Of a stretch of DNA of 40,412 nucleotides, positions 24,773 through 36,944 are shown in pieces (position 1 is the stretch's first letter; every line of letters starts with the position of its first letter). The notes under the pieces are model-generated. The model did not search any database, was not told where the DNA came from, and worked only from the letters and a program-made list of their open reading frames with translations. Where the stretch lies: positions 1 through 40,412 of the forward strand of contig NMRA01001203.1 in NCBI GenBank assembly GCA_002633005.1, read 5' to 3'. This DNA is from Phoronis australis. Taxonomy: Eukaryota > Animalia > Phoronida. The translations under genes and the position numbers were made by a program.

Positions 24773-24951
24773 GTGTCAGAAGCTACTTGAAAATAGCCCT
24801 TGTTGGTTTGATTGAAGTTCATGCGGAGGTGTATGCCATCTCACCTCAGTTTGTGCCAAAAGTGCTAGAGATGGTCGTTCAGTCCGTGTCTGATGAGTTA
24901 GTCCGGCTCATTCTCTGTGTGGATAACTTCAGTCATCATGGAGTGGTGCAG
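24773..24951 (+). CDS. EXOC2: EXOC2 exon
   Basis: cactag acceptor, gtgggg donor, 179 nt, phase 1/0. Encodes GVRSYLKIALVGLIEVHAEVYAISPQFVPKVLEMVVQSVSDELVRLILCVDNFSHHGVVQ (cf. [32 protein letters not shown]...NGALQ). Confidence 0.95.
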
Positions 24952-25886
24952 GTGGGGGCAACAGATTTACACAAGTCTGCTAAGAAAAATCTGAATTTAA
25001 AAAATGTTTGTGAACTCTATTTAAGTTACATCAAATGTGGCACTTTTTGATTATTCATTGTCTATTATGTACATCTACACTATATTCTATTGTTTCATAT
25101 GACTTGTAGATATTCATGCTAGAGCGAAATAAAAATGGACGTGTAAAAAACGGAGGACACTAAACTGAGTCACTATGTACTGTAGTGAATATTTAGGGTT
25201 TTTTTGTTGCAAAACCATCTTACAAAAACTTCAGTGAAAGGCACTATAAACCTGTCTTCAGTCTGCAAGATAACTGATGATGTAGGTCTCTTTCTTTTAT
25301 GAATCTGTTTTGCTGTATACAGCATATTTCTGCAAGACATTATGAACTTGCCTTCTGTCAAAATCTGTCAAAAATTAGTTTTTGCTTTTGGCCGTTTACC
25401 TTGATGAGACTCAACTTCTTTTTTGCTCAGATTTGAAGTGATTTAAGTTTGTGTTTGGAAGGAAATGCACAATGTATATGACCAATTTATTTAGAATAAT
25501 TGCAAGCAACAACAAATTGCCATTTTTTCCCAAACACAGAAATTGGATCTAATCTGAGTAAGGAGCTTGGTGACACCAGTTTTGAATTAATTATTATCAA
25601 TAAAATGTTTTGATAGATGGATAAATAACAGCTTTACGTAATGGTGGTTTTAATTTCGCGTATGATTGCATGAAGTAAAGCTCCCAAAAGCACTGTAGTC
25701 CTTCTCACACTAACGATTCTTAGAAATTTAACTTTCATTTTTCTGTATTGGAACTCTGTGTACATTTAGTAGTTGAAACTTGCAGTAAACCTGCCTTCAA
25801 AATAGTCCCCTTGCTGGTAGTTATTGGATTCATACTTATGCTATTTAAATGCACTTATTTTAACATATATCGCTCCTGTTTCTTAG

Positions 25887-25948
25887 GCTGTTCTGGAAGT
25901 GAGAGCATTCGATGAGGCATTGAATAACTATCACAATTCAGAATCGAA
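25887..25948 (+). CDS. EXOC2: EXOC2 exon
   Basis: tcttag acceptor, gtaagt donor, 62 nt, phase 0/2. Encodes AVLEVRAFDEALNNYHNSES(K) (cf. [21 protein letters not shown]). Confidence 0.9.
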
Positions 25949-26435
25949 GTAAGTTGGCAATGATAATGATCAAATGTTGCATGGAGTCCTTCATTATGTT
26001 ACTTTGTCACTGTTGGCATGTTGACTTGTTACTAAAGATATTCTATTACAGTGTAATCTCACCAGTTTACAATGCAATATGGTGAATGTGGGAAATTTAT
26101 TTTCTCTTTTTTTCCATGAAAGATATGTAGCACCAAATTAATGCTTTTCCAGTTCAAGTTTTGTAGCATACCTAGCATGAGACAATATTTTAAAAAATGT
26201 GGGCTCGTAAAACAATGTTGTGAGCTCTTGAAAAATGAAAACAAGTTATCTTTGCCAATTATTTTTGTCCGAAATTGATGAGATTTTGCCAAAATGTGTG
26301 TTTTGTGATCAAAACATCACGATGGTCTTTTTAGACAGATAAGTTGTTATCAATAATTTTACAATAAACATTGGTAGCAAGTACTTGAGTCATGGAGAAC
26401 ACATTACAGTGTACATTCACATCACTTTGTTTTAG

Positions 26436-26492
26436 GGCAGCACTCCAAGAGGCCTTGGATTATGTTCTGAGGAAGGGTAAAAAGTCGAGCAG
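26436..26492 (+). CDS. EXOC2: EXOC2 exon
   Basis: ttttag acceptor, gtatgt donor, 57 nt, phase 2/2. Encodes AALQEALDYVLRKGKKSS (cf. SSFKQALEAL). Confidence 0.82.
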
Positions 26493-26933
26493 GTATGTGT
26501 TGTCACCTGTCACTTTGGACTTGAAATTCTGAGGACGTTCTTGGACATTTTTGTAATCATAGACATCACATAGACCTGGCACGTGCCACTCAGATACATG
26601 CAGCTCGCATTGTCAATATGACGCAATATTGTTTCTCAACTCCATTAAAGTAGTACACTTCTCTTTTAGGAGCTTCAAGATACATTGAGTCCTGTACTCA
26701 TGCTGTGGATTATCTGTCTAACATGCAACTCTACACAGATTATCATACTAAAAAGATTTACAGATCTTGATTTTTGCAGTCTAGTGACAATACACACAGC
26801 CTGAATGGAACAAACCGCCTAATTTTTGTTTAGTTTCCCTATATGCCGTCCTTTGAACAAGAAAAAGACATGCAAATAAGATGCAAGGAAATGACCTTAT
26901 TTATGTAACAATTTTTTCCTCTGCGGGTGGGGG

Positions 26934-27086
26934 NNNNNNNNNNNNNNNNNNNNNNNNNNNNNNNNNNNNNNNNNNNNNNNNNNNNNNNNNNNNNNNNNNN
27001 NNNNNNNNNNNNNNNNNNNNNNNNNNNNNNNNNNNNNNNNNNNNNNNNNNNNNNNNNNNNNNNNNNNNNNNNNNNNNNNNNNNNNN
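26934..27086. other. Assembly gap
   Basis: Run of N. Confidence 1.
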
Positions 27087-28246
27087 ACAACTCGTCAGTC
27101 TCACGAATTTGGACCCCCAATTTTCAAATCCTAGATGAGTCCCTGCATGGGGTTTACAGGTGCTGCCACTAGGTTTTTATGTTCTGCCACCATAGTTTAA
27201 GCGGAGCGATTATGCGTTGTTTCCACATCAGTCTTGGTGATTGAGACCATATAAGATCAATTAAAGATGATTATTGATCAGCATATGCTGTTATCCAATG
27301 ATGATGCTGTTTGTTAATTGTACTTAGGTAAATATTTGGTATCAATGACAATCATATGTATTTTTACTTGTTCTGAAAGATAACATCCGCGAACCTACTC
27401 GCTAGCCTTCAAAATTAGTACTTTTAAGTGAATAATGTTGAAATATATACTGCTTTAAAAACTCATTTCTTAATAAGTATTCCAAAATCAGATTTCTTCT
27501 GTTGTGTTAAAACAAACATATCCCTGCAAAATCTCTAGTACTTATGTTAAAGTTGACATTGGAAAAAAGTAGTAAAGTGCATTGTAACCAAAATATCAGA
27601 CCTGTACGACTGAATTGCGCTTCTGACCTATACCCAAAATACAGAATTTCCCACTCGAAACCGAGTGGAAATATACCCAACCAAGCCGGTGTAGCATTAA
27701 ATAATGACCCCGTGAAAAATGACTCTGGCTATTTTTTTTCACAGGGTCTAAATTTAATGTGAAGAATTTTTAACCCATGAAAAAATGACCTCACGTCCAT
27801 GAAAACCTGTCATAGATATTCAACGGTTCCAGGGGGGATCTAGAATTTTGATTTAGGGAGGCCAAGTTCTCCCATTTAATCTAACTTGTTAGGTTGTATA
27901 GCACAAGTTGGGCAGATGGCTGCTGTAGCCAATATCTTACACTGTCAACTGGCAATTAGGGTTGGAGGGTCAGCTCTCTTTTGAATTTTGAAAATGCGAC
28001 ATCAGAATTTGGCCAGGTCACAGAATGCGAGCTTGCGATTTTCTTAGCATCGAGCACTCGACTTGATGACCCCAGCATTAAAGGAGAATGCCACCTGATT
28101 TAATTAGTCTTTTTTACTGTCTTTATTGGTCTATATCCACATCGCTTCGCATACGGTCGACCTTACCTTGCCGAGAGGTGTTGCGTTGAGGAAAGTGAGA
28201 AACGACGCAGCAACGTCAGTGGTTCATTTGCAGAGTGAATGCCGCT

Positions 28247-28395
28247 ATGTTGCGGTGCATTGTTCCCATTTGTCCGAACTATGCAGCTGCAAAGAAAGCG
28301 GGTATATTGTTTTTTCGACTTCCTCAAGAGTCTGAAGTGCTTAGGAAGTGGCTCGCGGTAGTGAAAAATGAAAAGTACTGTGTAAATAGCAAGTA
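28247..28395 (+). pseudogene. Truncated THAP zinc-finger (transposase N-terminus remnant)
   Basis: MLRCIVPICPN...LFFRLPQESEVLRKWLAVVK shows the THAP C-x4-C, F-x-x-P and W motifs. The later C-x2-H is absent and the frame stops at 28471. Confidence 0.72.
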
Positions 28396-28491
28396 TGAGG
28401 CCGTGAAACATCTCCATGTCTGGCCTGAAGTCGTCGACAGCGAGTCTGACGAATGCTGGCTTACCAAATAAGTATCCATACGTTCCGTTGC

Positions 28492-28620
28492 CTAAGCTTG
28501 TTCACGGCGCTTCTCTAGGATTTCTTCATCACTGTATTCCTGTTCGAACTGATAGCCTGTGAAACTTAACCATCCACCTGTGAAGTCTTTGTCGGATGAG
28601 CTCACGTCTAAGTCACGATT
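28492..28620 (-). pseudogene. Possible remnant of second Kolobok ORF (KolX-like N-terminus)
   Basis: TGYQFEQEYSDEEILEKRREQA resembles, from memory, the YxFEPEY motif of Kolobok accessory (P2X7-tail-like) proteins. It is convergent with the THAP remnant. Confidence 0.4.
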
Positions 28621-29852
28621 GCAAATTGCCACGTTGACGTTTATTACTGAGTGCTCTGTTTCAAAATGACTTATTCTCACCCTAACCAATACTTAATAAA
28701 ACTGAAATAAAGTTCTCATTAGATGCAATTTGTAATGCCTTTGGAATATTCGCTAGTGCAAATAATCCGAGAAGCCAGCGATGAATAAATCACTACGTTA
28801 CCGGCTTCGGGTGCAATAAAACTAATTGACCAGACCCCGAGGCCGTGTGAGCGCATGTGTGTTTGCTGACAGAAACTGTTGTGAAACAATAACTCGATTT
28901 TCTATCCCACGGCCAGGTGTTAGGGGAATCTTTATATGCCTATACATTATTCAAATAATGATTGTCGATGTACAACTTCTGCCCTGACGGTTCTGTGAAC
29001 CTGAATTTGCGGCCCCGGACGAGTAAGTAGATTTGCAGTTTTGTGGCTAATTCACCAACACAGTCACGTGCACATTACTTCTTTGGCTCACTAGTATAGT
29101 ATTTTCTTGACTGGAAGTTTAGTTTCCAACTTTGGCTGGTTTATGTTCATGATGTCTTCAGTCTGGCCGCCACGGGCCTGATCGGGTTTGGAGCCACTGG
29201 CCGGGATAACAAGCGTTTTGTTTGTTTACTGAAACTCAAAAAAATCACAAGTCTAAACAACACAGATCTAGTTTCTCCTGTGTGTATTTCACGGAAGAAT
29301 ACTTCGAAGTTATCTCCAAACAGACCCCAAACTCCTGCTACGGACCTTGGTAAATTGGCCTGTCTTACATTGTAGGCTGGCTACGGTGTGTTCAAATACC
29401 AATAAATCCATAACAGCGAAATAAAACAACATGTCTTTATAAGAAATCGGTGTATTTTTAAGGGTTTTACATCGAAGTTTGATGATTTATTGGTGTTACA
29501 CGATGAATTCAAGCGATAAGCTAACACCAGTAACCTGTGTTGTGAACTCCTGGACAGACTGGATAATGTCAATACTTCCGTATGTCAGGTAACACAACTG
29601 AACGTGCCGTTATGGAGTAGAACTACTCGATCTAAATTGATACAAAATAGGTTGTTTTTTTGGTGGCATGCTCCTTTAAGGCTAAAGATTCCAGTTTGAA
29701 CTCAAAATTTGAGTTTTTACTTGAAATCTCGAGTTTTTATTCAGGTTTGTAACACAAATATAGGGGTCATCAGGTGTGAACTTCGACATGAAACTCACAT
29801 ACATAAGGAATGGAGCACCAACTAGTAAACACTTGAGTTTATATGAAAGTAG

Positions 29853-30157
29853 CATAGGCGGATTTATGGGGGGAGGGGGCCGGGCCTCCCCCCCCTTGGC
29901 TGCTGCAAGTAAAGTGAAACAGCAAAAGCATGAGGAATTATTGAGTTCAGTAACTAGGACCCGTAGCAGATGAGGGGGGTTCAAAACTCAGGTCGCGGTG
30001 GAATCGTGTTCCTGTTTTTTTTATTTTTAATCCAACATGAGGTCCACATTCTGGCCCCCGTAACTTTCGGGCCCCTGTGCACATACAATCGCGCTTTGCC
30101 CAATTCCCCTGGGCAACATGTTGGGGCCCCCCTTATACTATCTTAGATCTGCCACTG
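29853..30157. mobile_element. hAT-like MITE nested in another small inverted-repeat element (~29690-30210)
   Basis: Ends CATAGGCGGAT / ATCTGCCACTG, with AGTAG directly on both flanks. The right end is the reverse complement of the element starting at 40380. The host element has inverted GAACTCAAAAT / ATTTTGAGTAC ends. Confidence 0.55.
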
Positions 30158-30480
30158 AGTAGAACGGAAAATGTCAAAAATAATTTTGAATTCAATTTTG
30201 AGTACAAAGATCAGACCCTGGCCCCTGGACGATTCCTTGGTTCAATGTTCTGAAAGCACTTTTGCTTAAGATAAAATAATGGCATTTAAGCAACCATAAA
30301 GATATCGTGACTATACACTCATGAGTTCATGTAGTTTAATTTCGAGTCCTTTTAGGGTATGTTGGAAAGTTAATTTATTTGTTTCCCTGTTTTTGCACAG
30401 TTGAAGCCATTGATGTTTGATCTAGGCTCATTGATTCAGCTATTGCTTTTTCTTAATTCATGGTCATCATTCGTTTTTAG

Positions 30481-30520
30481 GATTGGCAGTGGTTCTCGAG
30501 GTGGGGGAGAAACTGAAGAA
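30481..30520 (+). CDS. EXOC2: Candidate extra EXOC2 exon
   Basis: cgtttttag acceptor, gtgagt donor, 40 nt, phase 2/0. Encodes (R)IGSGSRGGGETEE. No recalled homology. Confidence 0.55.
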
Positions 30521-33269
30521 GTGAGTATATACAGTTACTTTTAGTTTTCTTGTAATTATAACTTATAAAGCAACTAAGGTGCTTCATATTCTTAACAATA
30601 AGAATTGTTGTTATTATTATCGTAAAATGATTATTATGCGGCCACATGTAATTTATGTGGTCGCATTTTGTCATTCATTTTTAGAACATCACCAAAATTG
30701 CCCATGTCATTTTTTTGATTTGATATTAGTTTTAAGAGTGAAGTACGGCTCACAGAAGGCAAAAATGCCCAGAGGGGTAATAAACCCAATGTCATGCATT
30801 TGAACCATGCTATGCATTTTAATTACCTTTGGGATGATAAACAAAACAGTAAAGTCCAAGCTCATTTTACCTTCTTCAAGAGGGAGAAACCAGGGAGCCT
30901 CTATTTTGGGGGTATATCATGCAATGGACTCACCGAAAATGCCTTATTTGCAGTGCATGATAAAAAATACCAGTGCACAAGATCATTATTTGTTTGTAAT
31001 TTTAAATAAAGCAAGTCTTCGGCCTCACAAAGATGTTAAACAATACTCATTAACTCTGCCGCTAAGTTAAAAATTTCAGGCATAAAGTACAGATGGGTCA
31101 GAGGCTAACAAAGCATAGCAATTTCACCACACTTTGAGCCCCTACATCTCAGCTGGCATAACACTGATCAACACCAGATTTTTACACAAGACGTTTCTGT
31201 CTTAGTGATGTTGATTACGGTAATACTTAGTTTAGTGTCATCAAGTCAGGTGCATTTGTTTAAGGTATTTTTTCCCATTTTCATTAAAATTCCGCGTTTT
31301 TCGTGAACCCAGTGTCCAACAACAGGTGTCACTTTAGTGGAGGCAAAATAGCTGATGATCCTCACTTGCAGTGTTAACTGCTATGATGTTGTGTGGTGAA
31401 GTGTGTGGGACCTCAAAAGAATATCCTCTACACATGTGTGAAATCTTATGCAGCATAAAGTGAGTACCAAGTCACCTCACCTACACCTACACCTAGAGTC
31501 GGACAATTTACAAATGCGTATTCACCAGACCTGTGTCACGCCGATGTGACTGTGTCCAAGGCAAGAGACCGGGCTCATCTTGGAATTCTGTGGAAACCTA
31601 GTAAACTGTGCAAACACCCATTTCATTAGCAGTAGCTTGCGTGGTTAGCCTGAAGTGGGGATGCTGGTTCAAATATCTAAAGTCAACTTACTTCCACTGG
31701 ATCTCAACAATGTCAATTCATGTGTTTTTCAAGTTTCCTGTTGGATCTGGTGAGTACTACTTGTTACTTTGTTTGAATTTGAAGTTATCACGGTAGCATT
31801 TTGGCGGTAATAGTCAGTTTTATGGATACCTGATTCGAGAACAAGTTAGCACCACTAGAAACTACAGTTATTATTTTAATACAGTACCCTGCAGTGCAAG
31901 TTACTGGCTCTCCTTTTTAGGAAATTCACAAACTAAGTGACCATGCATGTATCATAAAAATGTAACAACAGTACTTGTTTTTGAACAGCATAGACAGAGA
32001 TTTTTATTGTGCCCACTGGTGAAATTCAGTAGTCCTCTGCCTGCAACAACTAATGAAGTGTCTCGAGTTCCTAAGTCAAATGATATACCTGTCCTGTCGC
32101 CGGCTTTAGAGTCTAGGCTAGCCTAGAGCTATTCAGTCCACTTACTAGTAGCGTCTTGTGTTTGTTGTAAGTTTAGTCCGAGATTATATGCATCTAGTGG
32201 CCACGTGTTGCAAGAGGAAAGTCCAATATCTCATTGACTTTAACTTTTCAACAACCATTGTTGTTATGCGTCTTCTTTTTAGTTCATTACAGGAAGTATT
32301 TTTCCTATACATATATTGATGAATGCTGTAGTCATAGCATTATAAAGTCCAATTTTAACTGACAACCTGCATGCCACAATTTCTTTTCACTTCAGCTGTC
32401 AGTGAATTATCTAATTCTTGAAATCTTAGTGTGTCATTATGTTTTGGGAGTCCCACTATGTCGACATTTAGGATCTGGTAATGATATTCTCTTGATGTCC
32501 AAAGGAATCCGATCAAAGTGTCAAAAATAAATCGAGTACCCACAGTGTTTTTTTTTTCTGGTTGTATTTAGGGTCGTTTTACATATTGCACGTCATGGGT
32601 CAAATGAATTATCTCGGCTAAAATCATTGGATTACTCAGAGGCAGTCACACCTGTGTAGTGGCTGAGCTGTGCGAAGTTCTTCAAAACGTGTATAATTTG
32701 AGAGTGTTACAAACTACCTGTCATTTTTCAGAAAGTAGACCCTGAAAGAACTGCACAGGCGATGAAGACGGATAAGCAGTATAGGGAGGAAGATTGGCAG
32801 ACACCACAGCAGGATAAAGGTTTCTTTTCCTGCTTCGCTGCCTTGAACCGTGCTGGAAATTGGTCAAATTTGGGAGATACTGAAGTTGACAATCCGTGAT
32901 GTCCAGGAATACTCCAGATTTCATCTTCGCCCGAACATTGTACAATCTGTTGGGTTGTCTGAGTGATTTAACCAGTTGTTATTGATGTAATATTGTAGAA
33001 AATAACTTAAAGGTAAATGCAAAATGCAATATAGCAACACTTGTTGTGATTTTGTCAGTAAATTTTAGGATTTAGGTTATTTAGTCAGTGTTCTGGTTGA
33101 AACTTTGTTGTCCAATTTATTTAAAGATGCTGGTATTTCAGTTTTCATCTTTCAAATTCATATTACACTCAACCTCACTTAACTAAAAAGCGAAGCCTTA
33201 TATGAATGCTGACTTATGTACAAACTTAAGGAAAGGTAGTGACTTAGGCAAACTGGCGAGTTTCAGGTA

Positions 33270-33870
33270 GTATGTGTAATCACAAATTAAGGGAGGGGCC
33301 CTGTATTTTGAAAGATCAACTTTGGGAATGTCATACTTGAACCAGTTCATTGGCATTTGGATCAAAGAACACATTTACATGTTTCATTTTTCCATGCTAC
33401 TTTGTACCACTTAACTGGATGACCAGTGTTAAACCAGATTGCAGTCGCATTAAGTATCTTTTTTTACTTTAATTTGTTCCAGCATTGTTTTTGCGCAATG
33501 AGAGTTATTTGTACGGTATGTGATGATGAGTTAAAGGAGGTGCCGAGGTCACCTGTATTTTGAATTGTTAACGTCAGGAGTGTCATGCTTGAGCCAATTC
33601 ACTGGCATTTAGATATCTCGTGTTTTCCATGCTACTTTGTATAAATTAACTGGGCGATGAGTGTCAAACCAGATTCTAGCCGTATTAGATATTACTTTTT
33701 ACTTTAAAGTGGTCCAACGTTGTATATACAGACTGAGGAGTTATGTGTACAGTATGGGACGAGGAGGTACATGTAAGCGAGATCACCTGTATTTTGTACT
33801 GTTAACATAGGAGTGTCCTATTTGAGCCAGTCCATTAGCACTTAGATCTGTTTCCACATTGAGATATCTC
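33270..33870. repeat. Degenerate tandem repeat, ~235-255-bp unit, ~2.4 copies
   Basis: CCTGTATTTTG...GTGTCAT..TTGA.CCA.TTCA.TGGCATTT recurs at ~33300, 33553 and 33786. TTTTCCATGCTACTTTGTA occurs at ~33388 and ~33622. Confidence 0.8.
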
Positions 33871-36445
33871 TGTTGTGATTTTGCCTAAGAAAGTTGGTAG
33901 TCTTGCTATTAAAGCAACTCGAAGGCTTAACAGTTAGAACTGAACGTAAATGAAGTTATATTTTGAACTCGAGTTTATATGCTGTATATTGTTTGTCTGT
34001 TGAGAAGTCATAGAAAACATGAGCTACAATACAATACTTGCCGTGTACTTATGCACTTTATACTGAAAGCAGCCTTTATAATCCTCACTTCTTTCATGTG
34101 ACCTCTGCAGTGGATTAAAATCTGACCATGCTTCCCTTCCAACATGGGACATTTATATAGTCAAGTAACAGCTCGAACAGAATACCTTTTACCTCTGGAG
34201 GACTGTGAAGTAATTTGAATTCAATTCTTTAGACTTCTCACAACTAGTCACACACACTTATTCAACTACGTTTCTCTGTGCCTACCACTGCGCAGATGAA
34301 GTATCTTCTCACTGGTAGCTGGTTACATGTAGTCAGCCCCCAATGCTACTTGAAAGTCTCCCATTTTTCACTTGTCAGTCACAACAAAATGCATACAGAT
34401 AGCAGAATGATAACATTAGCCTGCCATACCACTCCAAAAGTGAAGTTATTGGGGGACTGGCGGCTATATAACGTCCATGGACATCTGACCACCAGTGGTT
34501 TTGCATTTGCCTGTAATTGCCAATGAATCTTTTACCAAGTTGACACTGTCCTCCACTTTCAACGCCCAGCATCAAAACCACTTGAAGATTCCACAAAAAT
34601 AACATTTTGTTCCGACACACTCCACAGCTAACTCATAGTAAGCATCTTTGTTAACAGGACAATCACAGATAAACCAAAAATAAATGATATTGTTCATACA
34701 ACACTAAGATTTGAAAAGTCGCAAGTGGGGAGGGGGCAACTACGATTTTTGAAAGAAAATGTTATGAAAATGATTTGTCAGCTGTGTTTTTTGTTTTTTA
34801 GCAGCGCCAATAAGATTACTGAGCTTTGTAAAACCAGTGAGATTTGAATTTCGACTCTCGCAAAAGGTGTCCTGCAAAAACTACTGCTGATTGTCTAATA
34901 AGTATCCTAATTCCATTACTACGAGCACTTTTCAGAAATAAAGTAGAGTACAGTCGGTGCCTAGAAAATACAAAATTTGATAAATGATCAATTGATTCGC
35001 AGTTTGCAGGTCAACTAGTGACGTTTGTCGGCATTACTCATTGTGGTGAAATGGCGTAACCACCTGTCACTTTCGAGTTCAAATGACATGAAATCCGATT
35101 ACGCCAGAATATTTTTTGTCTTATTTTGTAGATCTGAGATAGCTCAACACATTGGTTGGTGCTAAAATGTTCTGAAACCTGTGCCAGCTGAGATATCGGG
35201 ATACGAATTTTGCCAATTTTGACAGTTTCAAAAGGCACTAAAAGTACTCATCTGATACAGCGCTAAAAACAAACAAAAAATGATCGAAATCTTTTAAATT
35301 TTCATGAATAAAGTAGTGGAAGGTCACACCTGATCAATAACACAGGTTCAATATTTCAATGTTATTTCCACTGCAAAATATAACTATCGGAATTTTACTA
35401 AAACTCAACTGCCGCCAGGCTCAAAACTTGCCGGAAACAAATAGTATCCATGGAAACCAAAAGGGGGCATTTTGAAAAGAAAAAAAGGTGGTCTGGAGTC
35501 AGTGGGGCCAGTGTCGTGACACATACAAAATGTGAAGAGAATCTGTGACTTAGCGTTTATCGCCCTCTGCCTGGTCCATTCACGAACTTGCTCTTAAAAG
35601 CTGAGGTACCAATACCTTTTCTCAGTTTTGACTATTGCACCTACCCCTTGTGGTCCAGTTGTTGTCTCTGGGTGACACTATATGAAACTGATGAGCAGCA
35701 CTAGAAACCTACCATTTGAGGTGCACTGTGGATGCATATTAACACTTTGCATTGGTTTTTGCTCAGCTAATTTTTCGCCAAATATGTTACTCTGATACTC
35801 AGTTGTTTTTTTTCACTCTACAGTTTGCAATTTTTGTCTGATTTCCATAAAATTCACACTCAACCTCTAGTTCCGGAAGAGTTGGAACTCTATGGTTTTT
35901 TGTCATGATGGATTCAAGATGGCGGCTTTTGTGGCCATTTTGTTTTCAAATTCAGATTCAAATGCTCGTAGAGGCTGCAATTTTTGACGTACTTGGATGA
36001 AGCTTGGTATGATTATTGTGGCAGACGTGGACCACAGATGTGCCATAAATCATTTACTTCCAGTCAAAGACGGTGGAAATATCGGCCACTACTTTCTTAA
36101 CAATGGTGGTCTTTATTACACCCAAATTGTTTTTCTCTGGCATTTGCAGAGTTAAAGCCTGTAATATGGAGAGCAGTTTTAACTTGGTGCATTTTTAGTA
36201 TTACAAAAAGACTAAAAAGTTAATTTTTGTTGATCTTGACAAAGGGCCACTTCCCAAAAGAACGTTGGTTTTAAATATGTTTCATACCTGTTTTCATTAC
36301 TTTATTTTAATAATCCTCTATACTTGCTTTTTCTTACTGGTTAGGGTTGCTATCTTTTTATTTTGTGTTTAAACGAAGCATCAAAACAACTTAGAAGTCA
36401 ATTAATTGTGAACCCATTCCTGAATTTTCCAGATTACAGCTGTAT

Positions 36446-36944
36446 CAGGGCTTGGAATTTTCCGCGGAAACGCGGATTTCCGCTTTTTTCAAATGTTCTT
36501 TCCGCGTATTTTATTATATTTCTGCTTAAAAAAATTGGATTTGATATAAAATTTCCGCGGCAAATGTCTTTCTTACCGCCGCGTTGCCGACGACTTTCAC
36601 CTCGAAAAGCGGAAGTTGCTCTTTATGTTTCGGAGGAACGTAAATTGTCAACATTGCCGGGGCATCTGGGATAGCATGGTGGATTTCCTCAATGGCGGCA
36701 TGGCGGCTCGTGTGACTGTAAACCGCGGTGACAAATACTACGACTCTGTAGCCAAAAAATGTTTGGAAGTGGGAGTGGCAGACGAGCTAAGACAGACGCA
36801 GACGCACGCTTCCGGAGGTGGTACCGTTTTTTTTTTTCGATTTTGGTCGGCAAAAGGTCCACACCGACTTTTACGACTGGCTGCACTCATGTTTCGGGCC
36901 GTAAAAATTTCCGCGTTTTTCGTGATTGGTCATTCCAAGCCCTG
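36446..36944. mobile_element. hAT-like MITE
   Basis: Perfect 13-bp TIR CAGGGCTTGGAAT / ATTCCAAGCCCTG. Repeated TTCCGCG subterminal motif. Flanks CTGTAT and CTATAT. Confidence 0.78.

Larger units (their letters stand above)
28082..29675. mobile_element. Kolobok-like DNA transposon, internally deleted
   Basis: TTAA at 28078-28081 and 29676-29679. 14-bp TIR AGGAGAATGCCACC / GGTGGCATGCTCCT (1 mismatch). Purine (AG) termini argue for Kolobok rather than piggyBac (CC ends). Contains a THAP remnant. Confidence 0.8.

Noticed and set aside
24826-24834. GAG|GTGTAT as an internal splice donor
   Set aside because: EXOC2 similarity continues uninterrupted to 24951.
30401-30425. Acceptor-like ttttgcacag at 30400
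   Set aside because: It gives an immediate TGA in the required phase, and no suitable donor follows.
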